Origin: Mycobacterium leprae TN
Lineage (GTDB): Bacteria > Actinomycetota > Actinomycetes > Mycobacteriales > Mycobacteriaceae
NCBI RefSeq assembly: GCF_000195855.1
Contig: NC_002677.1
Coordinates: forward strand, 2,880,001-2,912,000
Direction of reading: 5' to 3'
DNA length: 32,000 bases
The position numbers and the translations under genes were made by a program. Below, in pieces: positions 18,951 to 28,007 of this stretch. The notes below the pieces were generated by a model. The model did no database searches. It saw only the letters and a program-made list of their open reading frames with translations, and was not told where the DNA came from. The first letter of the stretch is position 1; each line of letters opens with the position of its first letter.

Positions 18951-19259
18951 CTACGGTAGACGTTGATCAAGTGGGCTACCAAATATTGTCAGCGGATGAA
19001 GATCCACGCAGACCTGGACCTCGTCGACTTCCCAGTAGCTGTACTAGCTGCCATCAAGCAGGATCACCGGAAGACGGTTGCCGAACTCCACCCATAGCCC
19101 AGGGGTGCCCTCTAGCGCTGCAGCGTCGACATCCGTCATCGTAAAATCTAAGCCCAGCTCATTAGCCAATTCAATCAGCTAGATGTGTACCCGCGCGCAG
19201 ATCGCGCACCCGCCGCAGGTTGGCAGCTCAACCTGCGACCGACCTAGCGCCTCGGTCAT
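18951..19259 (-). pseudogene. Glutaredoxin-like (Rv0508-like) gene inactivated by two in-frame TAG codons
   Basis: A single minus-strand frame reads [100 protein letters not shown]. In-frame TAGs at 19179-19181 and 19044-19046. No frameshift is needed. Confidence 0.7.
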
Positions 19260-19878
19260 GGCCACCAGTGTGGCAGCCGTTATCGAAAGGCGTTCCTAGT
19301 GAAAGAGTGTCCCAGCCCAGTTCTCACTAGATTGCCGCTGTGGCTCCTCCGGACAACCTAGTGTCGATCCCGTGGTGCTGCAGAGGTTCGCCCAAATTCT
19401 ACGCAGTAACACCCGCGGATGTGATGTAGCGCCGCGGCGGGAGCGGGCCTGTCTATGTTAGCGCAGCTGACAACCGAAGCCGACGACGGTTACCAAAAGA
19501 ACAATACGACATCGGCGCAGGCACTGCGAGAAGCTGACAATGGCTGAAGCGTTTCTCGTCGGATCCCGACGCGATGGTCTGATGTAGTGGATCAGTATAG
19601 CCAAGTTTCAACGCCATGCAAAAAGCATGCTAGCCGAAATCGACTCTCTGGTGGCCAGTCTGCATACAATGTGGTTAGGACTAAGGTGCAGCGGCCACAT
19701 GGCCGAGGCGCATCTGCACTAAGCGCACAGCGAGGAGCTGATATGCAACGCGTTAGCGCAGTTACAGGACGCTTGAGAGACTACTCACCACAACTACCCT
19801 GACGCCATGTCAACGAATTTGATGATGCGGTCGTGAACCGATGGACCGCTAGCCATAACCTCTGCGACCCGAGTTACA

Positions 19879-19905
19879 ATCTAGTCGCTGACTCACCGAC
19901 TAGAT
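19879..19905. promoter_or_regulatory. Palindrome ATCTAGTCG-N9-CGACTAGAT upstream of the serB-like gene (candidate operator or hairpin)
   Basis: 9-bp perfect arms (19879-19887 and 19897-19905) read directly, about 95 nt upstream of the ATG at 19999. Function not established. Confidence 0.25.
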
Positions 19906-19985
19906 ACGTAAACCTCCGCAACCCAATTTCCCAGATAGGGTTGATGTCGGCCACTGAACCGACCACCGGGCAAGCGCAGCGATTT

Positions 19986-19991
19986 AGGAGG
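19986..19991 (+). promoter_or_regulatory. Shine-Dalgarno sequence AGGAGG for the HAD phosphatase gene
   Basis: AGGAGG lies 7 nt upstream of the ATG at 19999. Confidence 0.6.
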
Positions 19992-19998
19992 TTTCGCG

Positions 19999-20901
19999 AT
20001 GGCTTCCCCTGACCTGAGTAACGCATATAACGGTCGCATTGACCTGGGTTCCCTGGCCAACAACGCGAGCATCAACCGGGCGCTTAACGATATGCCCACA
20101 GCAGTGGACGACGCAGGGGTCCGCCCGCAACCACCGATCGACCTGACCGCAGCAGCATTTTTTGACGTCGACAACACGCTGGTGCAGGGCTCGTCGGCGG
20201 TGCACTTCGGTCGCGGGCTGGCCGCTCGCGACTATTTCACCTATCGCGATGTACTCGGATTCATCTACGCCCAGGCTAAATTTCAATTACTCGGAAAAGA
20301 AAATAGCCAGGACGTGGCAGCCGGCCAGCGCAAAGCGCTCGCGTTCATCGAAGGACGATCAGTCGAGCAGCTGGTAGCTCTGGGCGAGGAGATCTACGAT
20401 GAGATCATCGCTGATAAAATCTGGGCTGGCACCCGCCAGCTCACCCAGATACACCTTGATGCCGGCCAGCAGGTGTGGCTGATCACTGCCACGCCATACG
20501 AACTCGCTGCCACCATCGCACGTCGGCTCGGCCTGACCGGGGCATTGGGAACAGTCGCCGAGTCGGTAGACGGGATATTCACTGGCAGACTGGTAGATGA
20601 GCTCCTGCATGGAGTCGGGAAAGCACATGCAGTCCGATCGCTGGCGATCCGGGAGGGCCTCAATCTGAAGCGCTGCACCGCCTATTCCGACAGCTACAAC
20701 GACGTGCCCATGCTGTCGTTGGTGGGCACCGCGGTCGCCATCAACCCGGACGCCCAGCTACGCAGTCTGGCCCGTGAACGGGGCTGGGAGATCCGCGACT
20801 TTCGAACCGCTCGCAAGGCTGCCCGGATCGGGGTGCCGTCGGCCTTGGCGTTGGGCGGCGCGTTGGCAGCGGCCGTGTCGCGTCGCCGCGACCGCGAATA
20901 A
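19999..20901 (+). CDS. serB1: HAD-superfamily phosphatase, SerB-like (phosphoserine phosphatase family)
   Basis: 300-aa ORF with HAD motif [10 protein letters not shown] and motif IV-like [11 protein letters not shown]. Strong RBS. Position matches Rv0505c synteny as I recall it. Confidence 0.85.
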   Translation: MASPDLSNAYNGRIDLGSLANNASINRALNDMPTAVDDAGVRPQPPIDLTAAAFFDVDNTLVQGSSAVHFGRGLAARDYFTYRDVLGFIYAQAKFQLLGKENSQDVAAGQRKALAFIEGRSVEQLVALGEEIYDEIIADKIWAGTRQLTQIHLDAGQQVWLITATPYELAATIARRLGLTGALGTVAESVDGIFTGRLVDELLHGVGKAHAVRSLAIREGLNLKRCTAYSDSYNDVPMLSLVGTAVAINPDAQLRSLARERGWEIRDFRTARKAARIGVPSALALGGALAAAVSRRRDRE

Positions 20902-21004
20902 CCCGCGAGAAGCACAACGACCTCACCGAACCCAAGCATCGCAACGCCAATCATGCTGATAAACTGCGGCGTTAAGCCCAGAGTTGAGCGGAGAGCGCAG
21001 CGTC

Positions 21005-21505
21005 ATGACAGTTCCCTTAGAGGCCGAAGGACTAATCGGCAAGCATTACCGGCAGTTGGATCACTTCCAAGTTGGACGCGAGAAAATCCGTGAGTTCGCG
21101 ATCGCGGTTAAAGACGACCACCCAACCCACTACAACGAAACTGCAGCCTTCGAGGCCGGATACCCTGCACTAGTGGCTCCGCTAACCTTCCTGGCGATCG
21201 CTGGGCGACGCGTGCAGCTCGAGATTTTTACTAAATTCAACATCCCGATCAATGTCGCCCGGGTTTTCCATCGCGACCAAAAATTTCGCTTCTACCGCAC
21301 GATCCTGGCACAGGATAAGCTCTACTTCGACACCTACCTCGACTCGGTGATCGAGTCACATGGCACTGTGATCGCAGAAGTCCGCAGCGAGGTCACCGAT
21401 ACGGAGGGCAAGGCGGTCGTCACCAGTATTGTCACTATGCTGGGCGAATTGGCCCGTCAGGATGCTACCGCTGAAGAAACCGTCGCTGCAATCGCTTCTA
21501 TATGA
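21005..21505 (+). CDS. Hotdog-fold (MaoC-like/UPF0336) dehydratase-like protein
   Basis: 166 aa from the ATG at 21005 (the ORF track begins at a TTG at 20984). Sequence [32 protein letters not shown] is typical of the mycobacterial Rv0504c-type family. Lies directly upstream of cmaA2. Confidence 0.8.
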   Translation: MTVPLEAEGLIGKHYRQLDHFQVGREKIREFAIAVKDDHPTHYNETAAFEAGYPALVAPLTFLAIAGRRVQLEIFTKFNIPINVARVFHRDQKFRFYRTILAQDKLYFDTYLDSVIESHGTVIAEVRSEVTDTEGKAVVTSIVTMLGELARQDATAEETVAAIASI

Positions 21506-21515
21506 AAGGCGAATC

Positions 21516-22442
21516 ATGGTTCCGTCACAGAGCCATCCGGCCAAAACCCCTCGTAAACAGCTGAAACCACCGATCGAAGCCGTACAGTCGCATTACGACC
21601 GATCGAATGAGTTCTTCAAGCTGTGGCTCGATCCATCGATGACCTACAGCTGCGCATACTTTGAACGCCCCGACCTGACGCTGGAAGAGGCCCAGCGCGC
21701 TAAGCGTGACCTCGCCTTGAGCAAGCTTGGGCTAGAACCCGGTATGACTCTGCTCGACATCGGCTGCGGCTGGGGATCGACCATGCTGCACGCGATCGAA
21801 AAGTACGACGTTAATGTGATTGGCTTGACGCTGAGCGCGAATCAGCTCGCCCACAACAAGCTGAAGTTTGCCGAAATAGACCACACCCGAACAGACCGGA
21901 CCAAGGACGTACGGCTGCAAGGCTGGGAACAATTCGACGAACCGGTCGACCGCATCATCTCACTCGGCGCGTTCGAGCATTTTGCTGATGGCGCAGGCGA
22001 CGCCGGATTCGAACGCTACGACAGCTTCTTCAAGATGTGCTACGACGTGCTGCCCGACGATGGCAGGATGCTGCTGCACACAATCATCGTGCCTGATGCC
22101 AAGGAAACCAAGGAGCTGGGCTTGACGACGCCGATGAGCCTGCTCCGCTTCATCAAGTTCATCTTGACCGAGATCTTCCCTGGCGGTCGGCTGCCGAAGA
22201 TCTCGCAGGTCGACCACTATTCATCCAACGCTGGTTTCACGGTCGAGCGGTACCATCGGATCGGGTCCCACTATGTCCCGACGCTGAACGCCTGGGCCGC
22301 AGCGCTGGAAGCTCACAAGGACGAGGCCATCGCACTGCAGGGGCGGCAAATCTACGACACCTACATGCACTACCTGACGGGGTGTTCAGACCTATTCCGC
22401 GACCGTTACACCGACGTCTGCCAGTTCACCTTGGTCAAGTAG
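21516..22442 (+). CDS. cmaA2: Cyclopropane mycolic acid synthase 2 (SAM-dependent methyltransferase)
   Basis: 308 aa from the ATG at 21516 (RBS-like GAAAGG at 21504-21509). The ORF-track start at 21429 overlaps the upstream gene and is unlikely. Motifs [28 protein letters not shown] and LLDIGCGWG, ending ...CQFTLVK, closely match CmaA2 as I remember it. Confidence 0.92.
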   Translation: MVPSQSHPAKTPRKQLKPPIEAVQSHYDRSNEFFKLWLDPSMTYSCAYFERPDLTLEEAQRAKRDLALSKLGLEPGMTLLDIGCGWGSTMLHAIEKYDVNVIGLTLSANQLAHNKLKFAEIDHTRTDRTKDVRLQGWEQFDEPVDRIISLGAFEHFADGAGDAGFERYDSFFKMCYDVLPDDGRMLLHTIIVPDAKETKELGLTTPMSLLRFIKFILTEIFPGGRLPKISQVDHYSSNAGFTVERYHRIGSHYVPTLNAWAAALEAHKDEAIALQGRQIYDTYMHYLTGCSDLFRDRYTDVCQFTLVK

Positions 22443-22470
22443 CTACGCGACATACAATCGCGGCACATGC

Positions 22471-23583
22471 TTAGCCGAAGAAGATGTTCCGGCGACCAGC
22501 GAGCAACCTATAAAGCGTCTGCTGGATCGTCTCACGCACCTGATCGGTCAGCTCGAAGGTGACCATTGGGTCATCGGCGTCGGTGGCAGCATAGTCGGTG
22601 GTGTAAATTGGCTCCCCGAATGCAATGCGCCATTTCGACGGCAACGGCACCAAACCCGCCGGTCCAGCCAACGGGAACAGCGGCGTAACCGGGAAATACG
22701 GCACGCCGAACAGCCGCGCCAACAGCTTGACATCAGTCAGCATCGGGTAAATCTCTTCCGAGCCGACAATCGAGCACGGCACAATCGTCGCCTTGGTGCT
22801 TAACGCCGCCTTTACGAAGCCGCCACGACCAAACCTCTGCAACCGATAACGGTCCTGGAAGCGCTTGCCCAGACCCTTGTAGCCCTCCGGAAATACGGCA
22901 GTGAGCTCACCGGCGGCGAGCAAGCGGTGTGCGTCGGATGTGCAAGCCACGGTGTGCCCTGCCTTACGTACGGCTTCACCGACCACTGGCAAGTCGAACA
23001 CCATGTCGGCTACTAACAGCCGCAAGTCCCGTTGCGCTGGATGCTCGTCGTGCACCGCCAACGACAGCATCAATCCGTCGAACGGCAGCACACCGGCATG
23101 ATTGGCCACCACGAGCGCCCCACCGGTGCTCGGCAAGTTTTCGATACCGCTAACTTCGACTCGGAACCATGACTTGAAGAAAAACCGGAGGAAAGGCCGA
23201 ATGATCGCGTTGTTGAAGTGCGGATCGAACCCAAATTCGTCGACCGTGTAGTCGCCGGTCAACCGCTGCCGAAGGAACCCTGCAACAGCGGCAACATGCT
23301 GGGCAAGCTCACTAAGTGGTGCTTCAGTGGTTACCTCCCATAAATTGGTCGCACCCGTGGAACGCCGATGTTCATCGATTTCGCGGACGACTGCCGCGAT
23401 CTGCTCAGCTGATGCGCGACCGCGTAGATCAGAAAGTAACGAGGGATGTTGACGAGACCCGTCGACCCGATAACCGGCTCTCCGACGTGATGCTACCCGA
23501 CCCCTCTTGATATGCAACGGAATAACATTCGCTCTGGTTTCGCCCACCACAGTATCTACCTGACCCCACCCCACGGAATTCAA
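22471..23583 (-). CDS. 1-acyl-sn-glycerol-3-phosphate acyltransferase-like (PlsC domain) protein
   Basis: 370-aa ORF with the acyltransferase HX4D motif (VVANHAGVLPFDG) and FPEGYKG. TTG start at 23583 overlaps the galE-like stop (TTGA). A downstream start is possible. Confidence 0.85.
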   Translation of the reverse strand: MNSVGWGQVDTVVGETRANVIPLHIKRGRVASRRRAGYRVDGSRQHPSLLSDLRGRASAEQIAAVVREIDEHRRSTGATNLWEVTTEAPLSELAQHVAAVAGFLRQRLTGDYTVDEFGFDPHFNNAIIRPFLRFFFKSWFRVEVSGIENLPSTGGALVVANHAGVLPFDGLMLSLAVHDEHPAQRDLRLLVADMVFDLPVVGEAVRKAGHTVACTSDAHRLLAAGELTAVFPEGYKGLGKRFQDRYRLQRFGRGGFVKAALSTKATIVPCSIVGSEEIYPMLTDVKLLARLFGVPYFPVTPLFPLAGPAGLVPLPSKWRIAFGEPIYTTDYAATDADDPMVTFELTDQVRETIQQTLYRLLAGRRNIFFG

Positions 23584-24674
23584 TTTCGGCTACTCCAGCG
23601 CTGCGCTAACGCTATGGCGCGACCCTCGAAGTAGCGTACCCGATGTAGGTCAATTATGGGAGTCAAACCTCGGCCGCGAACGTAGTCATCGAACGCCCCG
23701 GCCGTCGTCCACTTCGGGTGATAACCGAGTTCGGAACCCATCCTGGTGGTGTCCATGACCCGACCATAGCTCAGGTACTCAAACTGATCTCGAGTGATTT
23801 CGGTGTAGCGATTCACCCACCTTAGCAAATCAAGTGCCCAGACGCCGAAGCTGGGTATCGGCACCGCGATCCGGCCAGCCCGCCGAATAGCTTGCGAAAG
23901 CATCATAATGCCACTGGCGCCGATGTTGAAGGTGCCAGCCTTGCCGGTCATCGCCGCGCACTCCAGTGCGCCCAGCGCATCCTGTTCGTGAAGCAGCTGC
24001 AGCCGTGCATCACGGCCGCACATCGTCGGCACCAACGGCCCGGCCAGATACCGCGACAACGTGGTGTCCATCGCCGGGCCGATCATGTCAGCCAACCGCA
24101 GAATGGTTACCGCGATATCGGACCGGCGCCGGCCCAGCCCGCGTGCGTAACCCTCGATATCGAGGCTGTCCTTGGCGAAACCCTCACGGAAAGAACGCCA
24201 ACTACTGCTGTCCTCGGTGAACATCACCGGATCGCGGGAACCCGATCCGTAAACGGCCGAGGTCGACTTCAGCACGACACGACGCACGGTGGGCGCCTTC
24301 TGGCAGGCGGCGAATAGTTGCATCGCGCCCATCACATTGAGTTCCTTCAACGCCGCACTACCGCAGGAGCGCGGCGCATAGGACGCTGCGTCCGCGTGCA
24401 CGACCGTATCGACCTCGCCGTTGCGAATCACCTTGGCGATAAAGGGATTACGAATATCGGCGCGCACGAACTCGGCGTGCCCCATCCGACGCAGCATGTC
24501 CTTGCTGGGCGCAATCGCATCCACCGCGATGACCGCATTGATCAAAGGGTTTTGCGCCAACCGAGCAGTCAGATAGCCGCCGAGAAAGCGGCAAGCACCA
24601 GTAACCAGTACTACCTTGGGGTAGGGCACGACTCCGCCTGTTCCACCGCCATCCTGACCGCTCGAGGAATCCAC
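23580..24674 (-). CDS. galE2: NAD-dependent epimerase/dehydratase (UDP-glucose 4-epimerase-like)
   Basis: 364-aa ORF with the Rossmann motif VVLVTGACRFLGGYL. GTG start at 24674. Rv0501-like position. Confidence 0.85.
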   Translation of the reverse strand: MDSSSGQDGGGTGGVVPYPKVVLVTGACRFLGGYLTARLAQNPLINAVIAVDAIAPSKDMLRRMGHAEFVRADIRNPFIAKVIRNGEVDTVVHADAASYAPRSCGSAALKELNVMGAMQLFAACQKAPTVRRVVLKSTSAVYGSGSRDPVMFTEDSSSWRSFREGFAKDSLDIEGYARGLGRRRSDIAVTILRLADMIGPAMDTTLSRYLAGPLVPTMCGRDARLQLLHEQDALGALECAAMTGKAGTFNIGASGIMMLSQAIRRAGRIAVPIPSFGVWALDLLRWVNRYTEITRDQFEYLSYGRVMDTTRMGSELGYHPKWTTAGAFDDYVRGRGLTPIIDLHRVRYFEGRAIALAQRWSSRN

Positions 24675-24744
24675 TTGGTGAGCCTAAAGGCCAGAAGAAA
24701 CAGTGGCTCTACAACCGTATGAAAATCGGAACATGTAGCGGCGG

Positions 24745-24846
24745 CTACTTGCCAAGTTTTCTGCGCTGCACCCGGGTGCGGCGCAGCAACTTGCGATGCT
24801 TTTTCTTGGACATACGCTTGCGCCGTTTTTTGATTACTGAACCCAT
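24745..24846 (-). CDS. Actinobacterial 30S ribosomal protein bS22 (33 aa, highly basic)
   Basis: An internal ATG at 24846 within the 69-aa ORF gives [34 protein letters not shown] recognise this as the conserved 33-aa Rv0500B/bS22 peptide. The longer 69-aa extension has no support. Confidence 0.8.
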
Positions 24847-25088
24847 GAACTCCGCTATCCCGTGGCCGGCTTGGAAGAAAACGTCCTGGTCACTGTACCC
24901 GACTGGCCGGGTCGAACACCAAACCAGCGGCCGCGTGACCACGTACCAGGGCACGCTAGGTGCTCACAGTTTACATTGCCCACTGTGCCCCGGACTCGCT
25001 TGGTACTGCCTTGCGTTGGTGCGCAGCTGAACTTTCGACAATGCGTGCCGTGCAGCGGCGTGAGTAGGAGCAAAGGCAATGACCGAGG

Positions 25089-25349
25089 CTAGCCCACGTC
25101 GAAGTACGACGTCTCGAGCATGTCGTGGACAGCCTTGGCATGCACCCGGAAGGACCGCCCAACCCGAACCGCCGGCAATTCACCGTTGTGTACCAGCCGG
25201 TACACCGTCATCTTGGAGACCCGCATTAGCGTCGCCACCTCGGCCACGGTGAGAAATTGCGTGCGGGGCTGCTGGCCCTCGAACGAACCGGTGTCCCGCA
25301 CCGATTTGCCAGCTGAATCCCGCGCCGATGGCCCGTTAGTAGACGTCAT
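25089..25349 (-). CDS. Small excisionase/MerR-type helix-turn-helix DNA-binding protein (Rv0500A/BldC-like)
   Basis: 86-aa ORF. LTVAEVATLMRVSKMTVYRLVHNGELPAVRVGRSFRV is a canonical HTH_17/excisionase-family motif. Confidence 0.85.
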   Translation of the reverse strand: MTSTNGPSARDSAGKSVRDTGSFEGQQPRTQFLTVAEVATLMRVSKMTVYRLVHNGELPAVRVGRSFRVHAKAVHDMLETSYFDVG

Positions 25350-25378
25350 CGCAACCCAATCGTGTCAGGCACGCGCAA

Positions 25379-25404
25379 TGCCAGCGGCTTCCCCTCCGCT
25401 GGCA
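25379..25404 (-). promoter_or_regulatory. Stem-loop (9-bp stem, 8-nt purine-rich loop on the minus-strand RNA) between proC and the HTH gene
   Basis: tgccagcgg / ccgctggca arms read directly. Lies 30 nt upstream of the ATG at 25349 and about 87 nt downstream of the proC stop. Could be a U-tract-less terminator or a 5' leader structure. Confidence 0.25.
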
Positions 25405-25489
25405 CCCACACGTGCATACAATAAAAGAGGATAGCGGTACTAGTGGGGTTACTGGTACTGATGGGGGAAATCAGTTCAAAAATCTTGAA

Positions 25490-26374
25490 TTATTCCGATG
25501 TAATTCTGAGCTGTTCAGACCGGATTTTAGCGGCCTGAACCGCTGCGTCGACCACCATCCGCAGTCCGCCACGTTCGAGTTCGCGCAGCGCAGCGGCAGT
25601 AGTACCACCAGGCGAGGTAATCGTGGCGCGTAGTTGCGCCGCCGGGACATCCACCTGCGCGCCCAGAGGCGCCACCTCGGCTGAATGCCGATCTTGATCC
25701 ATACGCTCCAGTAGCATTGCCGCGGACCCCGCCATGGTCTGCGCGGCCAGTTCGGTAGCCACCTGACGAGTCAGACCCACCGCGACGCCGGCATCCACCA
25801 GAGCTTCGACCAGCAAGAAGAAATATGCCGGGCCTGAACCCGATACCGCGGTAACCGCATCCATTTGCGACTCAGGAACCGTCAGAACGCCACCCACCGC
25901 GTCGAACATGGCCAAAACATCCTCGAACTGTTGTCCAGTAACGAAACGCCCCTTGGCCAACACGGTAACCCCCGCGCCCACCAACGCGGCTGCGTTCGGC
26001 ATGGCACGAACCACCGGCGTACCAGCCGGAAGCTTGGACTCGAGATAGGTGATCGTAACACCAGCAGCCACGGTGACTAACACTTGCTCAGCGCTGTCAT
26101 TCGCGACTGCGGCTGCCTGAACCAGGTCCCCCATCACTGACTCAACGTCGGTCGGCTTCACAGCGACAACGACAAACATTGCGTTCTCAACCGCGTCGGT
26201 TACTGACGTCACCAACACCGAGTAAGTGTCCGCTAGGTATCGGGCGCGATCAGGCATCCGTTCGGCCACCACCAGGTCTTTGACCTGCCTCCCCGCCCGC
26301 AGAAGCCCCGACAACAACGCTTCACCAATACTGCCACCACCGATGATCGCGATTCTTGCCATGCTGGAAAGCAT
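25490..26374 (-). CDS. proC: Pyrroline-5-carboxylate reductase
   Basis: 294-aa ORF with NADP-binding IAIIGGGSIGEAL and the C-terminal signature VTSPGGTTAAALRELE. Confidence 0.93.
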   Translation of the reverse strand: MLSSMARIAIIGGGSIGEALLSGLLRAGRQVKDLVVAERMPDRARYLADTYSVLVTSVTDAVENAMFVVVAVKPTDVESVMGDLVQAAAVANDSAEQVLVTVAAGVTITYLESKLPAGTPVVRAMPNAAALVGAGVTVLAKGRFVTGQQFEDVLAMFDAVGGVLTVPESQMDAVTAVSGSGPAYFFLLVEALVDAGVAVGLTRQVATELAAQTMAGSAAMLLERMDQDRHSAEVAPLGAQVDVPAAQLRATITSPGGTTAAALRELERGGLRMVVDAAVQAAKIRSEQLRITSE

Positions 26375-26399
26375 CCCAGACAGCTCGGCTCGACCGTAC

Positions 26400-27100
26400 T
26401 ACCGGGCAGAAGTACCAAACGCCAGGTAGCACAACTGCGCCACGACACGGACAACTTGGTCGACGACGATGTGATCCTGGTCGAACCCAGTACTGCCCAA
26501 TCTCCAAGCAGATGCAGATCACCCGCAGCCAGCCGTAAGTCGTCAAGCACCGACAAAAGGCGGTAAGTACGACGGCTGGCGCCCAGCCGATTCTGCCCAA
26601 GACCAATTTGTCACCAGCGCCGACAAATACTCCGCACATGAGGGAGGACAACGTGTCGGGAGCTACGCCACACGGGCGTGCCCACATCTGGATCACAGAC
26701 GGCCGCCCGGACGACCCGACCCTGGCGGGGGCCAAATCGCCAGGGTCGGGTCGTCCGGGCGACTACAAAGACTTCGCTATCACCAGCGACCCAATGCTCT
26801 AGCTCAGCGAAATTGACCATGGCATGCACCACTACGCGGTTTGTCTTGGGCAAGCTCGACATCGAACACGCTGGTCCGACAACCACAGAGAACTGGCCAA
26901 CACCGCGACCGGTTGCAATCCACTCGATTCGCCGCCCCATACGCTGCGCGCAGCGTTGGCACACAGTGCCAACATCACCCCAGCTGTACACCTTGAGCCC
27001 TATATTTGGGCCCTATGATCCAATGCTGGTTGAACTCACCTTCGTATACGCCTGCATCGACCTACCGCAGCGTCATTGCAGTAGTGAATAGTTCGTTCAT
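26400..27100 (-). pseudogene. Probable decayed gene (Rv0499-like position)
   Basis: A 760-bp gap lies between two intact same-strand genes. It holds only broken, mutually overlapping ORFs (the longest is 137 aa at 26322-26735, and its 3' end overlaps the proC start). Synteny from memory predicts a conserved hypothetical gene here. No domain recognised. Confidence 0.3.
26704..26761. repeat. Perfect 24-bp inverted repeat with 10-nt spacer
   Basis: cgcccggacgacccgaccctggcg (26704-26727) and cgccagggtcgggtcgtccgggcg (26738-26761) are exact reverse complements. Spacer is ggggccaaat. Confidence 0.95.
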
Positions 27101-27134
27101 GGCGGTCATCAGAGGTCTCAATTAACAATGAACA

Positions 27135-27977
27135 TCACCGCAGCAGGTACGTGCGAGCGAATTGCAACGATTCGGTCAGCATGGTTTCACGCTCAGTTGC
27201 CGAACGCACGCTGGACGTGGACACTTCGAGCACCACGTGGCCGGCGAAGTCTGCACCGGCCAGCAACTGGCACACCGCAGCGGTAGGTTGCGTGCCACGG
27301 CCAGGCACCAGGTGCTCGTCGGCGGGCAACCCGCTGCCGTCACACAAGTGCAGGTGCACCAGCCCCGAACCCATACGCCGCACCATCTCCAGCGAGTCGG
27401 ACCCCGCGGTCGCTGTGTGCGACAGGTCCAGGGTGTAGTGCGCGTGATTGCCGGCCAACGGATCGAATGAGGGTGCGAACACCGAAATAGCCGGACCCGG
27501 ACCACCACCACGCTTGCGCATCCGTTCCCGCGACTGGTCGGCCCCGAAAAATCGGTCAGCCCGAAACGGGAACATATTTTCGACGGCGATCATCACATCG
27601 CTAGCTGCTTCCAGCTCGGCCACCTGGTCGCTGAATCCCTCGGCGTAACGTCGTTGCCAACGGAACGGCGGATGCACGACGACCGTCTGTGCACCCAATT
27701 GCTCGGCGGCTCGCACACTGCGTTCCAGTTTGGGTACTGGGTTGGCACCCCACACCCGTTGCGAGATCAGCAGACAGGGCGCATGCACAGATAGCACCGG
27801 CACGCGATAGCGTCGCGACAGCCCCTTGACAGCATCGATGTCCTGGCTGACCGATTCGCCCCATACCATCAGTTCGACCCCGTCGTAGCCAAGCTTAGCC
27901 GCATACTCGAATGCGGCCTCGGCCCTTAACGGGTACACGGAGGCCGTCGACAGACCGACTTTAATGACTGGGCGCAA
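27135..27977 (-). CDS. Xylose isomerase-like TIM-barrel protein (sugar phosphate isomerase/epimerase family)
   Basis: 280-aa ORF. KLGYDGVELM, VLSVHAP, VVVHPP and HLHLCDG are typical of the AP endonuclease 2/xylose isomerase-like fold. Same length as I recall for Rv0498. Confidence 0.8.
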   Translation of the reverse strand: MRPVIKVGLSTASVYPLRAEAAFEYAAKLGYDGVELMVWGESVSQDIDAVKGLSRRYRVPVLSVHAPCLLISQRVWGANPVPKLERSVRAAEQLGAQTVVVHPPFRWQRRYAEGFSDQVAELEAASDVMIAVENMFPFRADRFFGADQSRERMRKRGGGPGPAISVFAPSFDPLAGNHAHYTLDLSHTATAGSDSLEMVRRMGSGLVHLHLCDGSGLPADEHLVPGRGTQPTAAVCQLLAGADFAGHVVLEVSTSSVRSATERETMLTESLQFARTYLLR

Positions 27978-28007
27978 AGGTCTACGGTGGTTTCGAGGAG
28001 CTTGAGC

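Noticed and set aside
19440-19530. Possible MmpS N-terminal TM remnant on the minus strand (RIVLLVTVVGFGCQLR)
   Set aside because: A single short hydrophobic stretch followed by stops. Downstream frames show none of the conserved MmpS core, so this is too weak to call.
21429-21515. N-terminal extension of cmaA2 (ORF-track start at 21429)
   Set aside because: It would overlap the 3' end of the upstream dehydratase-like gene by 77 nt. The ATG at 21516 has an RBS-like GAAAGG and gives the expected N-terminus and length.
22446-22462. Small hairpin (cgcga-N7-tcgcg) between the convergent cmaA2 and acyltransferase genes as a bidirectional terminator
   Set aside because: Only a 5-bp stem and no U-tracts. 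Not distinguishable from chance.
24745-24954. Full 69-aa ORF as the gene product
   Set aside because: Only the C-terminal 33 codons match the conserved bS22 peptide. The N-terminal 36 codons have no recognisable features, and an internal ATG fits exactly.
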